From Candidatus Iainarchaeum sp. (GTDB lineage Archaea > Iainarchaeota > Iainarchaeia > Iainarchaeales > JAFCCW01), in contig JAFCCW010000001.1 of the NCBI GenBank assembly GCA_017609985.1, positions 116,189-180,188 of the forward strand: 64,000 bases of DNA, read 5' to 3'. The translations under genes were made by a program, and so were the position numbers. Each line of letters opens with the position of its first letter. The first letter of the stretch is position 1. This document shows, piece after piece, positions 45,170 to 54,391 of the stretch. The notes under the pieces were generated by a model. It saw nothing but the letters and a program-made list of their open reading frames with translations. It was not told the origin of the DNA and did not search any database.

Positions 45170-45526
45170 GTGGAAAAAAAAGCTCAGGCAAGTTTTGAAA
45201 TGCTTTTCATAGCTCTTATAGTTCTCTCTGGAGCATTTGCTCTCACTAGCTTTTATTTTATTGAAGCAGACAGTCTTGGTTCACAATCAATCGCAAGAGC
45301 AGAGTATTCAAGAGTCTTTTCTGAACTAGCTGAGCAAAGAGGAATTTACTGCAGTTTGGACAGCATGAATTACAGTGGTTCAGGAGCAGGAGCAGATTTG
45401 ATTATCTATGTTTACCCGCCCAATAACTCTGAGTGCAAAACAATCTGTTCTTCCAATAGCTCAGAAATTGAAAGAATGATTGAAGAGAATACTTCTCTTG
45501 TAGCAATAAATATTTCCTGCTCATAG
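45170..45526 (+). CDS. Pilin-like protein (class III signal peptide)
   Basis: MEKKA|QASFEMLFIALIVL. GTG start after GGTG. Several N-x-S/T sequons. Confidence 0.7.
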   Translation: MEKKAQASFEMLFIALIVLSGAFALTSFYFIEADSLGSQSIARAEYSRVFSELAEQRGIYCSLDSMNYSGSGAGADLIIYVYPPNNSECKTICSSNSSEIERMIEENTSLVAINISCS

Positions 45527-45588
45527 CAAGAATTCAGAACAAACTTAGAAGAATTTTTAACAATTTTTATCTATTTCTTTATTGTTGA

Positions 45589-45948
45589 ATGCTAAATAGA
45601 GAGTTGGCTGCTAGAACAGCTCTTGCAATATCTATTGCAGGGATAGCCTTGCTTTTTATAGCCACTGCATTGGATTCTCCAAAAGAAATAATTCTGGGGG
45701 AAATTTCTCAAGAGCTTGTTGGCAAGCAGGTTAGAACAAAAGCTCTTGTTCAATGGACTTCACTCTCTTCCGGCATTCTATTGTTTGGATTGTACGATGG
45801 AAACACTGTCAAAGTAGTCAAATTCAACCCATCTCCTGAAGAAAAAGCAATTGTTTCAAAAGGACTATTTGTTTCAGTCAGCGGGGTAGTGCAGGACTAC
45901 AAGGGAGAGATTGAAATAGTTGCGGAAAGGATTGAAAAATATGGCTGA
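45589..45948 (+). CDS. Membrane-anchored OB-fold protein
   Basis: One N-terminal TM, then an OB-like V..V.GVVQDYKGEIEI pattern. Confidence 0.55.
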   Translation: MLNRELAARTALAISIAGIALLFIATALDSPKEIILGEISQELVGKQVRTKALVQWTSLSSGILLFGLYDGNTVKVVKFNPSPEEKAIVSKGLFVSVSGVVQDYKGEIEIVAERIEKYG

Positions 45949-47170
45949 TGTGCTTGAACTTCTTGTATATGTTGTTGGGGGGAGCATTGCAGGAGTATTC
46001 ACTGGACTCTGCCCTGGAGTGCATGTAAACACTGTTGCAATGCTGGCAGTAGCATTTTCAATTACTGGAAAACAAGAACTGTCTCTTGCAGTTATTTCAA
46101 TGGCTGTGACTCATTCAATAGTTGACTTTGTTCCAAGTGTATTACTTGGTGCGCCAAATTCATCAGAATTTCTATCAGTCCTGCCAGGCCATGAGCTTCT
46201 TTTGAAGGGAAAGGCAATGGAAGCAGTCAATTTAAGCGCATTAGGTGCTCTTTTTGGTGGCTTGGGGGCAATATTGCTTGGATTTGCTGTCTCAGAATTA
46301 GCAATTCAGTCAGCAGAAGTTCTTCAATTTTCAATTCCGTTTATTCTCTTAGCTGTTCTGATATTGATGGTTTTTGGAGAAGAAAGCAGGGTTCAGAGAA
46401 AAAGAGCTTTTCTTGTCGCGCTTCTTTCATCACTGCTTGGAATAATTGCATTGTCTTCTGCTACTTTAGCTTCTTCAAATTCTTCGGCTTTTTCGTCTTC
46501 TTCAAAGATGCTCTTTCCTCTTGTTACTGGTTTTTTCGGAGTTTCCAATCTTTTGCACTCAATTGGAAAAAACTCAAAAATTCCAAAACAAAAACCTTTC
46601 TCTGGAAAAACAAGCAGGAAACTTGTTTTTGAAGGCTGTGGAACAGGAATTATTGCAAGTGCTCTGGTTTCAATAATCCCATCTATCGGGCCTTCGCAGG
46701 CAGCCTTTCTTTTGAAGCACTTTGTTGGCTCAATCAAGAGAGAAAGCTATCTTGTCCTGCTTGGAGCAGTAGGCACAGCAAACACTGTTTTTTCATATTT
46801 TGTGTTCTTTTCGACAGGAAAAATAAGGACTGGTGTGGCAGCAGCAATTTCTGAGTTGGGGGCAGAACAAAACATCTTATACATAATCTCTGCTGTGTTT
46901 GTTTCCCTCGGAATCGGCTATTTTTTCTCACTCTATTTCTCTAAAAAAATTCTTTGCATTGTTCAAAAAGTAAATTATTCTGCTTTAAGCTCTGGAATAG
47001 CAGTGTTTCTCTCAATTCTTGTTGTGCTGTTTTCTGGAACAACAGGATTTCTTGTATTTGTGACAGCAACAGCAATCGGATACTATTCAATAGCTCGCGG
47101 AATAAAGAGAATCAACACCATGGCTTTTTTGATGGTGCCTACTATACTGATTTATTTGAATGCCTTCTAA
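45941..47170 (+). CDS. Polytopic membrane protein, TctA/DUF112-like
   Basis: GLCPGVHVNTVA motif and >=10 TM segments. ATG 45941 (track start is TTG). Confidence 0.55.
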   Translation: MADVLELLVYVVGGSIAGVFTGLCPGVHVNTVAMLAVAFSITGKQELSLAVISMAVTHSIVDFVPSVLLGAPNSSEFLSVLPGHELLLKGKAMEAVNLSALGALFGGLGAILLGFAVSELAIQSAEVLQFSIPFILLAVLILMVFGEESRVQRKRAFLVALLSSLLGIIALSSATLASSNSSAFSSSSKMLFPLVTGFFGVSNLLHSIGKNSKIPKQKPFSGKTSRKLVFEGCGTGIIASALVSIIPSIGPSQAAFLLKHFVGSIKRESYLVLLGAVGTANTVFSYFVFFSTGKIRTGVAAAISELGAEQNILYIISAVFVSLGIGYFFSLYFSKKILCIVQKVNYSALSSGIAVFLSILVVLFSGTTGFLVFVTATAIGYYSIARGIKRINTMAFLMVPTILIYLNAF

Positions 47171-47178
47171 GATATGTA

Positions 47179-47577
47179 ATGGATTTCAAAGATTTCAATC
47201 ATTTCAAAGCCACCAAGATAAAAGAATCAACTCTTGAAGACATTCTTGAAGCTTCGCGCAATACTTACCCAAACGAGTTCATGGCATTGCTTGGGGGAGA
47301 TAAGAAAGCAGGAGTTGTGGATGAAATAGTTATTGTTCCCGCAACCTATGGGCGAGAGCACGCAATAATTCACACAAACCAGGTTCCAATGGATTTTAGG
47401 ATAATGGGCAGTGTTCACTCTCATCCGTCTCCAAATGCTTTCCCTTCAAAAGGGGACTTGCGCACTTTTCCACGACTTGGAGAGATACATTTTATAATCG
47501 CTTACCCCTTTGATTTAAACAGTACAAGAGCCTTTGACTCTGCGGGAAATGAAATAGAATTTGAGGTAATTGAATAA
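47179..47577 (+). CDS. JAMM/MPN+ metalloprotease domain protein
   Basis: Exact HxHx7Sx2D motif: HSHPSPNAFPSKGD, with upstream E (NEFMALLGG). Confidence 0.8.
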   Translation: MDFKDFNHFKATKIKESTLEDILEASRNTYPNEFMALLGGDKKAGVVDEIVIVPATYGREHAIIHTNQVPMDFRIMGSVHSHPSPNAFPSKGDLRTFPRLGEIHFIIAYPFDLNSTRAFDSAGNEIEFEVIE

Positions 47578-47603
47578 AGGAAAAAAAAGCTCAAGGGATT
47601 TGA

Positions 47604-49145
47604 ATGAATCAAAAAGAAAAAATTGTTCTCATTGTAATGGATGGCTGGGGAATTGCGCCTGCTGGAAAAGGAAACTGCATTTCTCAGGCAAGCACTCCAA
47701 ACTATGACAGATTTATTGCAAACTATCCAAACTGTGAAAATAAGGCATCTGGGAAAGCAGTTGGTTTGCCAGAGGGAAGTCAGGGAAACAGTGAGGTTGG
47801 ACATCTTCACATGGGCGCAGGCAGGATTGTCTGGCAACCGTTTCAAAAAATAAACAACGAGATTGAAAAAGGAAGTTTTTTCAAGAATCCTGCTTTGCTT
47901 AAGGCAATCAAAGAAGCAAGAGAAAACAAAACTATTCTTCACTTAATGGGATTGTGCTCTGATGAAGGAGTGCATGCGCACATTGCTCATCTGTTTGCAT
48001 TGCTTGAGATGGCAAAAAAAGAGGGCTTGGAAAAAGAACAGGTTCTGATTCACTTTTTTGCAGACGGTCGGGATGTTCCTGAAAAAAGTGCTTCAAAATA
48101 TATCACGCAAATTGAAAGCAAGTGCAAAGAGCTTGGCATAGGAATGATCGCAAGTCTTATTGGAAGATATTATTCAATGGACAGAGACAACAACTGGAAA
48201 AGAACAAAAAAAGCATATAAAATGTTAACGTTTGGAAAAGGATTCAAAGCAAAGAATGCCTTGTCCGCAGTTAAAGAATCTTACGAGCGCGGAGACAAAA
48301 CAGACTACTATATTCAGCCGACTGTGATTGAAAATGCATTCAAACCAGTTAAAGACAAGGACTCAATAATTTTCTTCAATTTTAGAACAGACAGACCAAG
48401 ACAGCTGACAAAAGCTTTTTTGCTCAAAGACTTTAAAGAATTCAAAAGAGAAAAAAAGCCAAGCGTATTGTTTACAACATTTACTCAGTATGATAAAAGC
48501 GTAAAAACTGGAGTCGCATTTGAAGAAGAACAAGTTTCAGTCACTCTTGGAGGCGTGATTGCTGAAGCTGGATTAAAACAGCTTCGCATTGCGGAAACAG
48601 AAAAATATGCTCATGTAACCTATTTTTTTAATTCTCAAAATGAAAATCCCTATCCTGGAGAGGAAAGAAAGCTTGTTCCCTCTCCAAAAGTCTCAAGCTA
48701 TGATCAAAAGCCGGAAATGTCTGCCTACGAGCTTGCGGAAGAAACAGAAAAAGCAATTTATTCAAAAAAATACGACTTTGTTCTGTTAAACTTTGCAAAC
48801 TGCGATCTTGTAGGACACTCTGCAGTTATTCCTGCAATAATCAAGTGTGTTGAAGTAGTTGACGAGTGTGTGGGGAGAGTAGTGAAGAAAGCATTAGAAA
48901 ATGGGTATAGCTGCCTGCTCACCGCAGACCATGGGAGTGCAGAAGAAAAATTATATCCAAACGGCGAGCCAAATCCAGCTCACACTACAAATCCTGTTCC
49001 ATTTATTCTTGTTTCGAATAATCCTGCACTGAAAAAAGTCAAGCTTGCGAACGGAGGCCAAAAAGATGTTGCTCCAACAGTAATTGAATTAATGGGGCTA
49101 AAAAAGCCAGGTGAAATGACTGGCGAGAGCCTTATTGAAGACTAA
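47604..49145 (+). CDS. gpmI: 2,3-bisphosphoglycerate-independent phosphoglycerate mutase (bacterial GpmI type)
   Basis: IVMDGWG, GNSEVGH, TADHGSAE motifs; 513 aa. Confidence 0.9.
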   Translation: MNQKEKIVLIVMDGWGIAPAGKGNCISQASTPNYDRFIANYPNCENKASGKAVGLPEGSQGNSEVGHLHMGAGRIVWQPFQKINNEIEKGSFFKNPALLKAIKEARENKTILHLMGLCSDEGVHAHIAHLFALLEMAKKEGLEKEQVLIHFFADGRDVPEKSASKYITQIESKCKELGIGMIASLIGRYYSMDRDNNWKRTKKAYKMLTFGKGFKAKNALSAVKESYERGDKTDYYIQPTVIENAFKPVKDKDSIIFFNFRTDRPRQLTKAFLLKDFKEFKREKKPSVLFTTFTQYDKSVKTGVAFEEEQVSVTLGGVIAEAGLKQLRIAETEKYAHVTYFFNSQNENPYPGEERKLVPSPKVSSYDQKPEMSAYELAEETEKAIYSKKYDFVLLNFANCDLVGHSAVIPAIIKCVEVVDECVGRVVKKALENGYSCLLTADHGSAEEKLYPNGEPNPAHTTNPVPFILVSNNPALKKVKLANGGQKDVAPTVIELMGLKKPGEMTGESLIED

Positions 49146-49197
49146 TTTTACTTATCGAACACTAATTTTATATACAGAATAAACTATTAATATCATC

Positions 49198-49575
49198 ATG
49201 AAAAGAGGACAAGTAAGCTTTGATGCAATGCTTGCATTAGTTGCAATGATTGTGTTTCTAAGCATGTTGTTTGTAATTTTTGGGTCTGTTGAAAGCGCTT
49301 CACAAGAATCAGCCATGAAAGCACAGGCAAAATTGATCCTGGGTTCAACAGCAGATGCAATAGCAGCAAAGCAAATACTGAGAGACGGAAGCAACAAGAT
49401 TTATTTTGAGGTTCCAGACCTGCCAAACTCTGAGCCAGGCTCTTGTCAGGTTACTGTTTCTGGAGGCCAGGCAACAGTAAGCTATGAATACAAAGGAGTG
49501 ATTGAACAAGTAAGCACTCCAGTTGTTGGTTCGCATAGTCTTAGTCAAGTATGTGGGAGCAGTGAAGTTATATGA
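49198..49575 (+). CDS. Pilin-like protein
   Basis: MKRG|QVSFDAMLALVAMIVFL. Confidence 0.65.
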   Translation: MKRGQVSFDAMLALVAMIVFLSMLFVIFGSVESASQESAMKAQAKLILGSTADAIAAKQILRDGSNKIYFEVPDLPNSEPGSCQVTVSGGQATVSYEYKGVIEQVSTPVVGSHSLSQVCGSSEVI

Positions 49576-50060
49576 ATCGAAAAGCCCAGATTTTCTCACT
49601 TGACTTTCTTTTCTCTCTAGCAATAATGGTTTTAGTAATTGGATTTATTCTAATGTTCCTAGACCTTTCGCTTGCAGCACAAAAAGATGAAATGATTTGG
49701 ACAGAGTTGAAGGAGACCGGAAACACTGCATCAAACCTGTTAGTGGGAAATCCAAAAATAACCTGTGATTTGGTTGATGTCTCCGGCGACAAAATAATGG
49801 AGATGCCAAACTGCGTTAACAAAAGTGCTTCATTTTCAAGAACAGATTTAGGAATTCCATCTGCATCTGAAGGCTATCAATGCAGGATAACAATTGGAAG
49901 CTGGGTTGCACCAGCCTGCAATACATCACCTCCATCCTCAGCTTCAAATATTTATTCAACTCAAAGAATTGTGATTTCAAGCAATGGAGATGTAAGAAAA
50001 GATTCAATTCCTTCAAATCATGAAATAGCAGAAATAAAAGTCTGGAGGTCACTAGCTTGA
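49572..50060 (+). CDS. Pilin-like protein
   Basis: ATGA overlap. MNRKA|QIFSLDFLFSLAIMVLVIGF. Confidence 0.6.
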   Translation: MNRKAQIFSLDFLFSLAIMVLVIGFILMFLDLSLAAQKDEMIWTELKETGNTASNLLVGNPKITCDLVDVSGDKIMEMPNCVNKSASFSRTDLGIPSASEGYQCRITIGSWVAPACNTSPPSSASNIYSTQRIVISSNGDVRKDSIPSNHEIAEIKVWRSLA

Positions 50061-50335
50061 AGAAAGGATTTATTTTCTCGCTTGACGCAGCTCTGGCAGC
50101 AATGCTTGCTCTCTCGCTTGTAACAGTGGGCTTGCTTATTATTGCTTGGGGCGAAGCAAACAATTTCAGTGAAGTGCAAAAATATGCAGCAGACGCAGCA
50201 ATTGTTTCATCATACACTCTTGAAGAGCCAGGAGAATTCTCTTCAGAAGGAATTAACCAAGCGATTTCAAACAGTTCAGAAAACGGAGCCTGCTTTAGCT
50301 ATTCAGGAAAAAACTATTGCAGTGAGACAGGATGA
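50057..50335 (+). CDS. Pilin-like protein
   Basis: TTGA overlap. MKKG|FIFSLDAALAAMLALSLV. Confidence 0.55.
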   Translation: MKKGFIFSLDAALAAMLALSLVTVGLLIIAWGEANNFSEVQKYAADAAIVSSYTLEEPGEFSSEGINQAISNSSENGACFSYSGKNYCSETG

Positions 50336-50799
50336 AAAAAGGATTTTACACAGCAGCAGTTGCTATTGCAGCAATAATGATACTTTCAGCAGTTTCTTTT
50401 TACACTCTTTCAGTAACTCAAACAGAGTCAACTCATCTGTCACAGGATGCTGCAATACTCAAAGGAGAATGGGTAAAATCAGCAAGGCTTATTGATTACG
50501 AGATAGCGCAGATGATTTACAATAATCCAGCAGGATGTGATTGTGCAGGCGCGGTTAACGTAGCAGGGCTTCAAACAGCACTCAACACTGCAAAAATAAA
50601 CTGTGCTGTCGGAGCAGGTCTTGACTATGTCTGTTCAGGAAACACTGCAACAGCAACAGTTCCAATCAAATGCTATTTTTCAGGAATGGAATATGAAAAA
50701 ACAGTTGATTATGAAAAACAGGTTTTGACTGGAGCAGGGTGTGAAGTTCTTGATGTGCAAAGCAACTCTGTTCAAAGCAATGGAACTATTTGGGATTAA
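50332..50799 (+). CDS. Pilin-like protein
   Basis: ATGA overlap. MKKG|FYTAAVAIAAIMILSAVSF. Cys-rich C-terminal domain. Confidence 0.55.
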   Translation: MKKGFYTAAVAIAAIMILSAVSFYTLSVTQTESTHLSQDAAILKGEWVKSARLIDYEIAQMIYNNPAGCDCAGAVNVAGLQTALNTAKINCAVGAGLDYVCSGNTATATVPIKCYFSGMEYEKTVDYEKQVLTGAGCEVLDVQSNSVQSNGTIWD

Positions 50800-50884
50800 A
50801 TAAGTTGTATAATTAAATAATTCATGTAATTAAATAATTTATAAAAGTCTGAATAATCTATTTGAAAATAATTTATTTAAAACA

Positions 50885-51625
50885 CTAAATAATCTTCTTC
50901 AATTCCTTCGCAATCCCTGAATCATACTGCATTGCCTTCTTTTTTTCGAAAGCGATTTCTTTTGGAATTCCAATTTCAAGCGCAAGCTCTCTGAGCGCGC
51001 GCTTTCTCAGCAAGTCATCTTCTCCTTCAATGTTTTTTTCTGCTCCAATCGTCAATGCTTCTTTAACAAAGTTTTCTTCAAGGAAAGGATAATGCACTTG
51101 CACTCCAGTACTCTCAGCAAGTTTTTTCTCCATTTTCAACTGGTCTTCAAGCGCTTTGATTGACTTCTCTCTTCTCTCCTCACTTAAATCCTCTCTGAAA
51201 TAGTCATAGCCAAAGAAGAGCTCGTCAGCTCCCTGGCCCAAGAAAACATGCTTGCATTCCAATTCTCTTGCTGTTCTGAATCCTGCTAGCTCTGGCACTG
51301 CAATAGACAGCCTTACAAATCCTTTTTCCCCAGTTATTTTTTTTGCATCTTCAAGCAAGTTTTTCAGGCTTTCTCTTTCAACAACATTGCTTGCAAGTTT
51401 GAGGCAGAGCTTTTCTGAGGCAACCGAGGCTCGTTTAAGCACAGGCGAGTTTTCAAGCCCAACAGCAATGCAGGTGCCAGAAATTTTGCCTAAAACAAGT
51501 CTTGCAACAATGCTTGAGTCAACTCCGCCGGAGAACATGACGCAAGCTTTCGGTAATCCAGAGCATTCTTTTTCAACTGCTTTTTCAAGCTTTTCCTTTA
51601 GTTTCTTCAGTTCCTTTAATTCCAT
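50885..51625 (-). CDS. PP-loop ATP pyrophosphatase, asparagine-synthase C-terminal-domain-like (no GATase domain)
   Basis: VMFSGGVDSS PP-loop and LGQGADELFFGY. Confidence 0.7.
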   Translation of the reverse strand: MELKELKKLKEKLEKAVEKECSGLPKACVMFSGGVDSSIVARLVLGKISGTCIAVGLENSPVLKRASVASEKLCLKLASNVVERESLKNLLEDAKKITGEKGFVRLSIAVPELAGFRTARELECKHVFLGQGADELFFGYDYFREDLSEERREKSIKALEDQLKMEKKLAESTGVQVHYPFLEENFVKEALTIGAEKNIEGEDDLLRKRALRELALEIGIPKEIAFEKKKAMQYDSGIAKELKKII

Positions 51626-51795
51626 TCAAACACCTTAGGCTTTGCCCTAACAAAAACAAAAATCACTTATAAAGTCCAGTTAAAATATTTTTATGCTAAA
51701 AATTTTCATAATAAAGAGAATCATGTTTCTTGCATTTGTGTTTGCAGTTCTCTTCTTTTTAACCCAGTTTCTTTTAGGTTCTGGAACAGAGTGCA

Positions 51796-53592
51796 CTATA
51801 GTGAGTAATAATATTCTCCCTTCTTTTTCTGCTCAGTGTCCTTAACCGAATCAATCTTGTTTGCTCTTGGTCGCCCAGTGGATGTGTCGCGCCTGAAAGA
51901 AACATCCATGCTTTTAAGGAAAGAATTCATTCCCTCGTGCATTTCAACTGGTGCGCGGCCAATTCCCTTAACGCTCTGCTCTCCTTCAAAAACCATTAAC
52001 CTGTCGCTCACATAATCCTGGAACAGGATATCATGGTCTACAACAAGAGAAACGCGCTTTTTCTTTTCAGACACGCTTTTGATGAGTTCAGCAACCTCTA
52101 GCCTGTCTTCCACGTCAATGAATGCAGATGGCTCGTCCAAAAGCATCAGCTGAGAGTCTCTGCAGAGGGCGCTGGCAACAGCAACTTTTTGCAATTCTCC
52201 TCCGCTTAATTCTTCAAGCTTCATTGGGAAGAGTCTCTTGATTGAAAGCTTTCTTTCAATCTCTGATTCAAACAGGCCACTATCAATCTCGTCTTCGGAA
52301 AACAGTTCTTCAACAGTTTTTCCTTTTTCGGGAACAAGATACTGGGGTTTGTAAGAAACCTTTAGATTCAAATCAATCCTGCCCAAGTCAGGCTTTTCAA
52401 CACCGGCAAGCATTTTGACAAAAGTTGTCTTGCCGATAGCGTTTGGCCCGAGGATTCCTATTACTTCTCCTTCCCTGAAATAGCCAGATTCTGTTTCAAG
52501 TTCAAATCCTTTAAAACTCTTTTTTAGTACAGGGAACTTTGCAATCTTTTTTTTCTTTGTAAGTTCTCCAGGTGGCTTGACTTCAAACCTGAGTTCTTCT
52601 CCTCTGAACTTAATGTTTTCATCCCTTAAAAAACCATCTAAAAATTCATTGATTCCGTTTCTGACACTTTTCTTTGCAGAAATTACTCCATAAACATTTG
52701 GTTTTCCAAAGAGCACGTTAATGTAATCGCTTAAGTAATCAAGCACGCTCAAGTCATGCTCTACAACAATTACTGCAGTGTTTTCATCAGCAAGCTCTCT
52801 GATTAACATTGCTGTTCTTAGTCTCTGCCTTACGTCAAGATAGCTTGTTGGCTCGTCAAAGAAATAAATATCTGCTTTTTTCAGCATTGCAGCGGCAATT
52901 GCAATTCTCTGTAGTTCCCCCCCTGAAACAGAGGAAATATCTTGTTCTAAAATTCCGTCAATTTCAAGCTCTTTCGCTGTTTTCTTCAGTAATCCTTTTT
53001 CATCTGCTTTTTTAAGCAAGTCAATTACCCTGCCCTTAAATTTTTTTGGAATGCTGTCAACTTGCTGTGGCTTGTAAGAAAGCTTTATTTTTTTCTCTGA
53101 AACCTGTTCAATAAATTCAAAAATTTCTTTTCCCCTGAAATGCTCAAGCACGCTTTCCCAGCTTGCTTCAGTGTCTAAATTTCCAAGATTTGGAATAATG
53201 TTTCCTGAAAGAATATTTAGAAGAGTGCTTTTTCCAATTCCGTTTCTTCCAATTAATCCAATTACTGCTCCCTTCTCTGGCTGAAGATGTTTGTACACGC
53301 GAAACATGTTTTCCCCATACTGGTGCAGTGGCTCTGCAAGCCTAGCTGTAAGATTAACTATGGAAATTGCCTCGAAAGGGCACTTGTGAGGGCAGATGCC
53401 ACAGCCAGTGCAGAGTTCTTCAGAAATAAGAGGCTTTTTTCCCTGCTCATCCTGCACAATACATTCCTTGCTTTGCCTGTTAACTGGACACATTCTAATG
53501 CAAAGCCAATTGCATTTCTCCGGCTGGCACTTGTCATAGTCAATGACTGCAATCCTTACAGCTTTGTGCTGTTCAATATTTTTCTTTGCCAT
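51796..53592 (-). CDS. abce1: ABCE1 (RNase L inhibitor homologue), ribosome recycling factor
   Basis: N-terminal CxxC-rich 2x[4Fe-4S] domain (CIRMCPV, CTGCGICPHKCP) plus two ABC cassettes. Confidence 0.95.
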   Translation of the reverse strand: MAKKNIEQHKAVRIAVIDYDKCQPEKCNWLCIRMCPVNRQSKECIVQDEQGKKPLISEELCTGCGICPHKCPFEAISIVNLTARLAEPLHQYGENMFRVYKHLQPEKGAVIGLIGRNGIGKSTLLNILSGNIIPNLGNLDTEASWESVLEHFRGKEIFEFIEQVSEKKIKLSYKPQQVDSIPKKFKGRVIDLLKKADEKGLLKKTAKELEIDGILEQDISSVSGGELQRIAIAAAMLKKADIYFFDEPTSYLDVRQRLRTAMLIRELADENTAVIVVEHDLSVLDYLSDYINVLFGKPNVYGVISAKKSVRNGINEFLDGFLRDENIKFRGEELRFEVKPPGELTKKKKIAKFPVLKKSFKGFELETESGYFREGEVIGILGPNAIGKTTFVKMLAGVEKPDLGRIDLNLKVSYKPQYLVPEKGKTVEELFSEDEIDSGLFESEIERKLSIKRLFPMKLEELSGGELQKVAVASALCRDSQLMLLDEPSAFIDVEDRLEVAELIKSVSEKKKRVSLVVDHDILFQDYVSDRLMVFEGEQSVKGIGRAPVEMHEGMNSFLKSMDVSFRRDTSTGRPRANKIDSVKDTEQKKKGEYYYSL

Positions 53593-53667
53593 GCAAGAAA
53601 TTAATCTGAAAAGCCTTTAAAAAGTGTTTTAACTGATTTTTGCCTGCTTGCTTTTGGAAAAAAATTC

Positions 53668-53943
53668 CTATTTATAGGCATTGTCGTGGTGTTCCAGTTT
53701 GACTAATACTGCTTCTTTCTTTTTTTCATCAATTTTGTAAAGCAGAACAAAGCTTTTGAGTAAGTGAACTCGTCTAAATTCTTGCAGAGGTCTGCGCATT
53801 GGTTTGAATCTGAAAGGATTTTCCAGTATTTGAAAAATCTTTTTTTCAATTGCTTTTTTGAATTCAGGGTTTTTCTTTGCAAGTTTTATAAAATTCCTGT
53901 TAAAATTAGATATGGTGTGCAGTTCAAAAACCATGGATTTCAC
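53668..53943 (-). CDS. RelE/ParE-family toxin
   Basis: ...ENPFRFKPMRRPLQEFRRVHLLKSFVLLYKIDEKKKEAVLVKLEHHDNAY. 4-nt overlap with the upstream gene. Confidence 0.7.
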   Translation of the reverse strand: MKSMVFELHTISNFNRNFIKLAKKNPEFKKAIEKKIFQILENPFRFKPMRRPLQEFRRVHLLKSFVLLYKIDEKKKEAVLVKLEHHDNAYK

Positions 53944-54248
53944 TTCAGCAAGTCCTCAAGGCACTCAACTTTCTTTGACCTGCTCTTATCTGAATCTAAT
54001 ACTGTTTTAACAAATTTGGAATTATATTCTTTTTCGTCAACCGGGTGCCAGTCTATCTTGTCCATCCATAACCAGTCTTCTTTGCTAATAGGTTTCTTCT
54101 CAAGATATTTTTCCAGAATTTCAATCTTCTTCAATTTAACAGCTTCTTCTCTGATTGCATTTCTCGCAATTTCAGTCCATTTAATGTGCTTGTATTCTTT
54201 GACGAGCTCTTCGAGCCCGCCACTAATTGACATTGTAAGATTCAACAA
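53940..54248 (-). CDS. Putative antitoxin (possible RHH N-terminus)
   Basis: Position and overlap with the toxin. MSISGGLEELVKEYKHIKWTEIARNAIRE is strand-helix-helix-like. Confidence 0.5.
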   Translation of the reverse strand: MLNLTMSISGGLEELVKEYKHIKWTEIARNAIREEAVKLKKIEILEKYLEKKPISKEDWLWMDKIDWHPVDEKEYNSKFVKTVLDSDKSRSKKVECLEDLLK

Positions 54249-54391
54249 ATCACCATAAATATGTTAACAACATAATTATTTAAATATATTCTTGAGTGGA
54301 TTTTGAATAGTTTGTTAAGCGAAGTTATTGTTTTTCTTAGGAAAAAACAACTAAAAACCATTTAAAAACTCTTTCAGAGCTAATTAATTCC

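Noticed and set aside
50801-50884. Near-tandem gtaattaaataatt repeats between convergent genes
   Set aside because: They are short, AT-only and located in a convergent terminator spacer. They are indistinguishable from compositional chance.
51723-51845. 40-codon hydrophobic ORF (MFLAFVFAVLFF...) between the PP-loop gene and ABCE1
   Set aside because: It has no RBS, overlaps the ABCE1 3' end on the opposite strand and is not supported by any motif.
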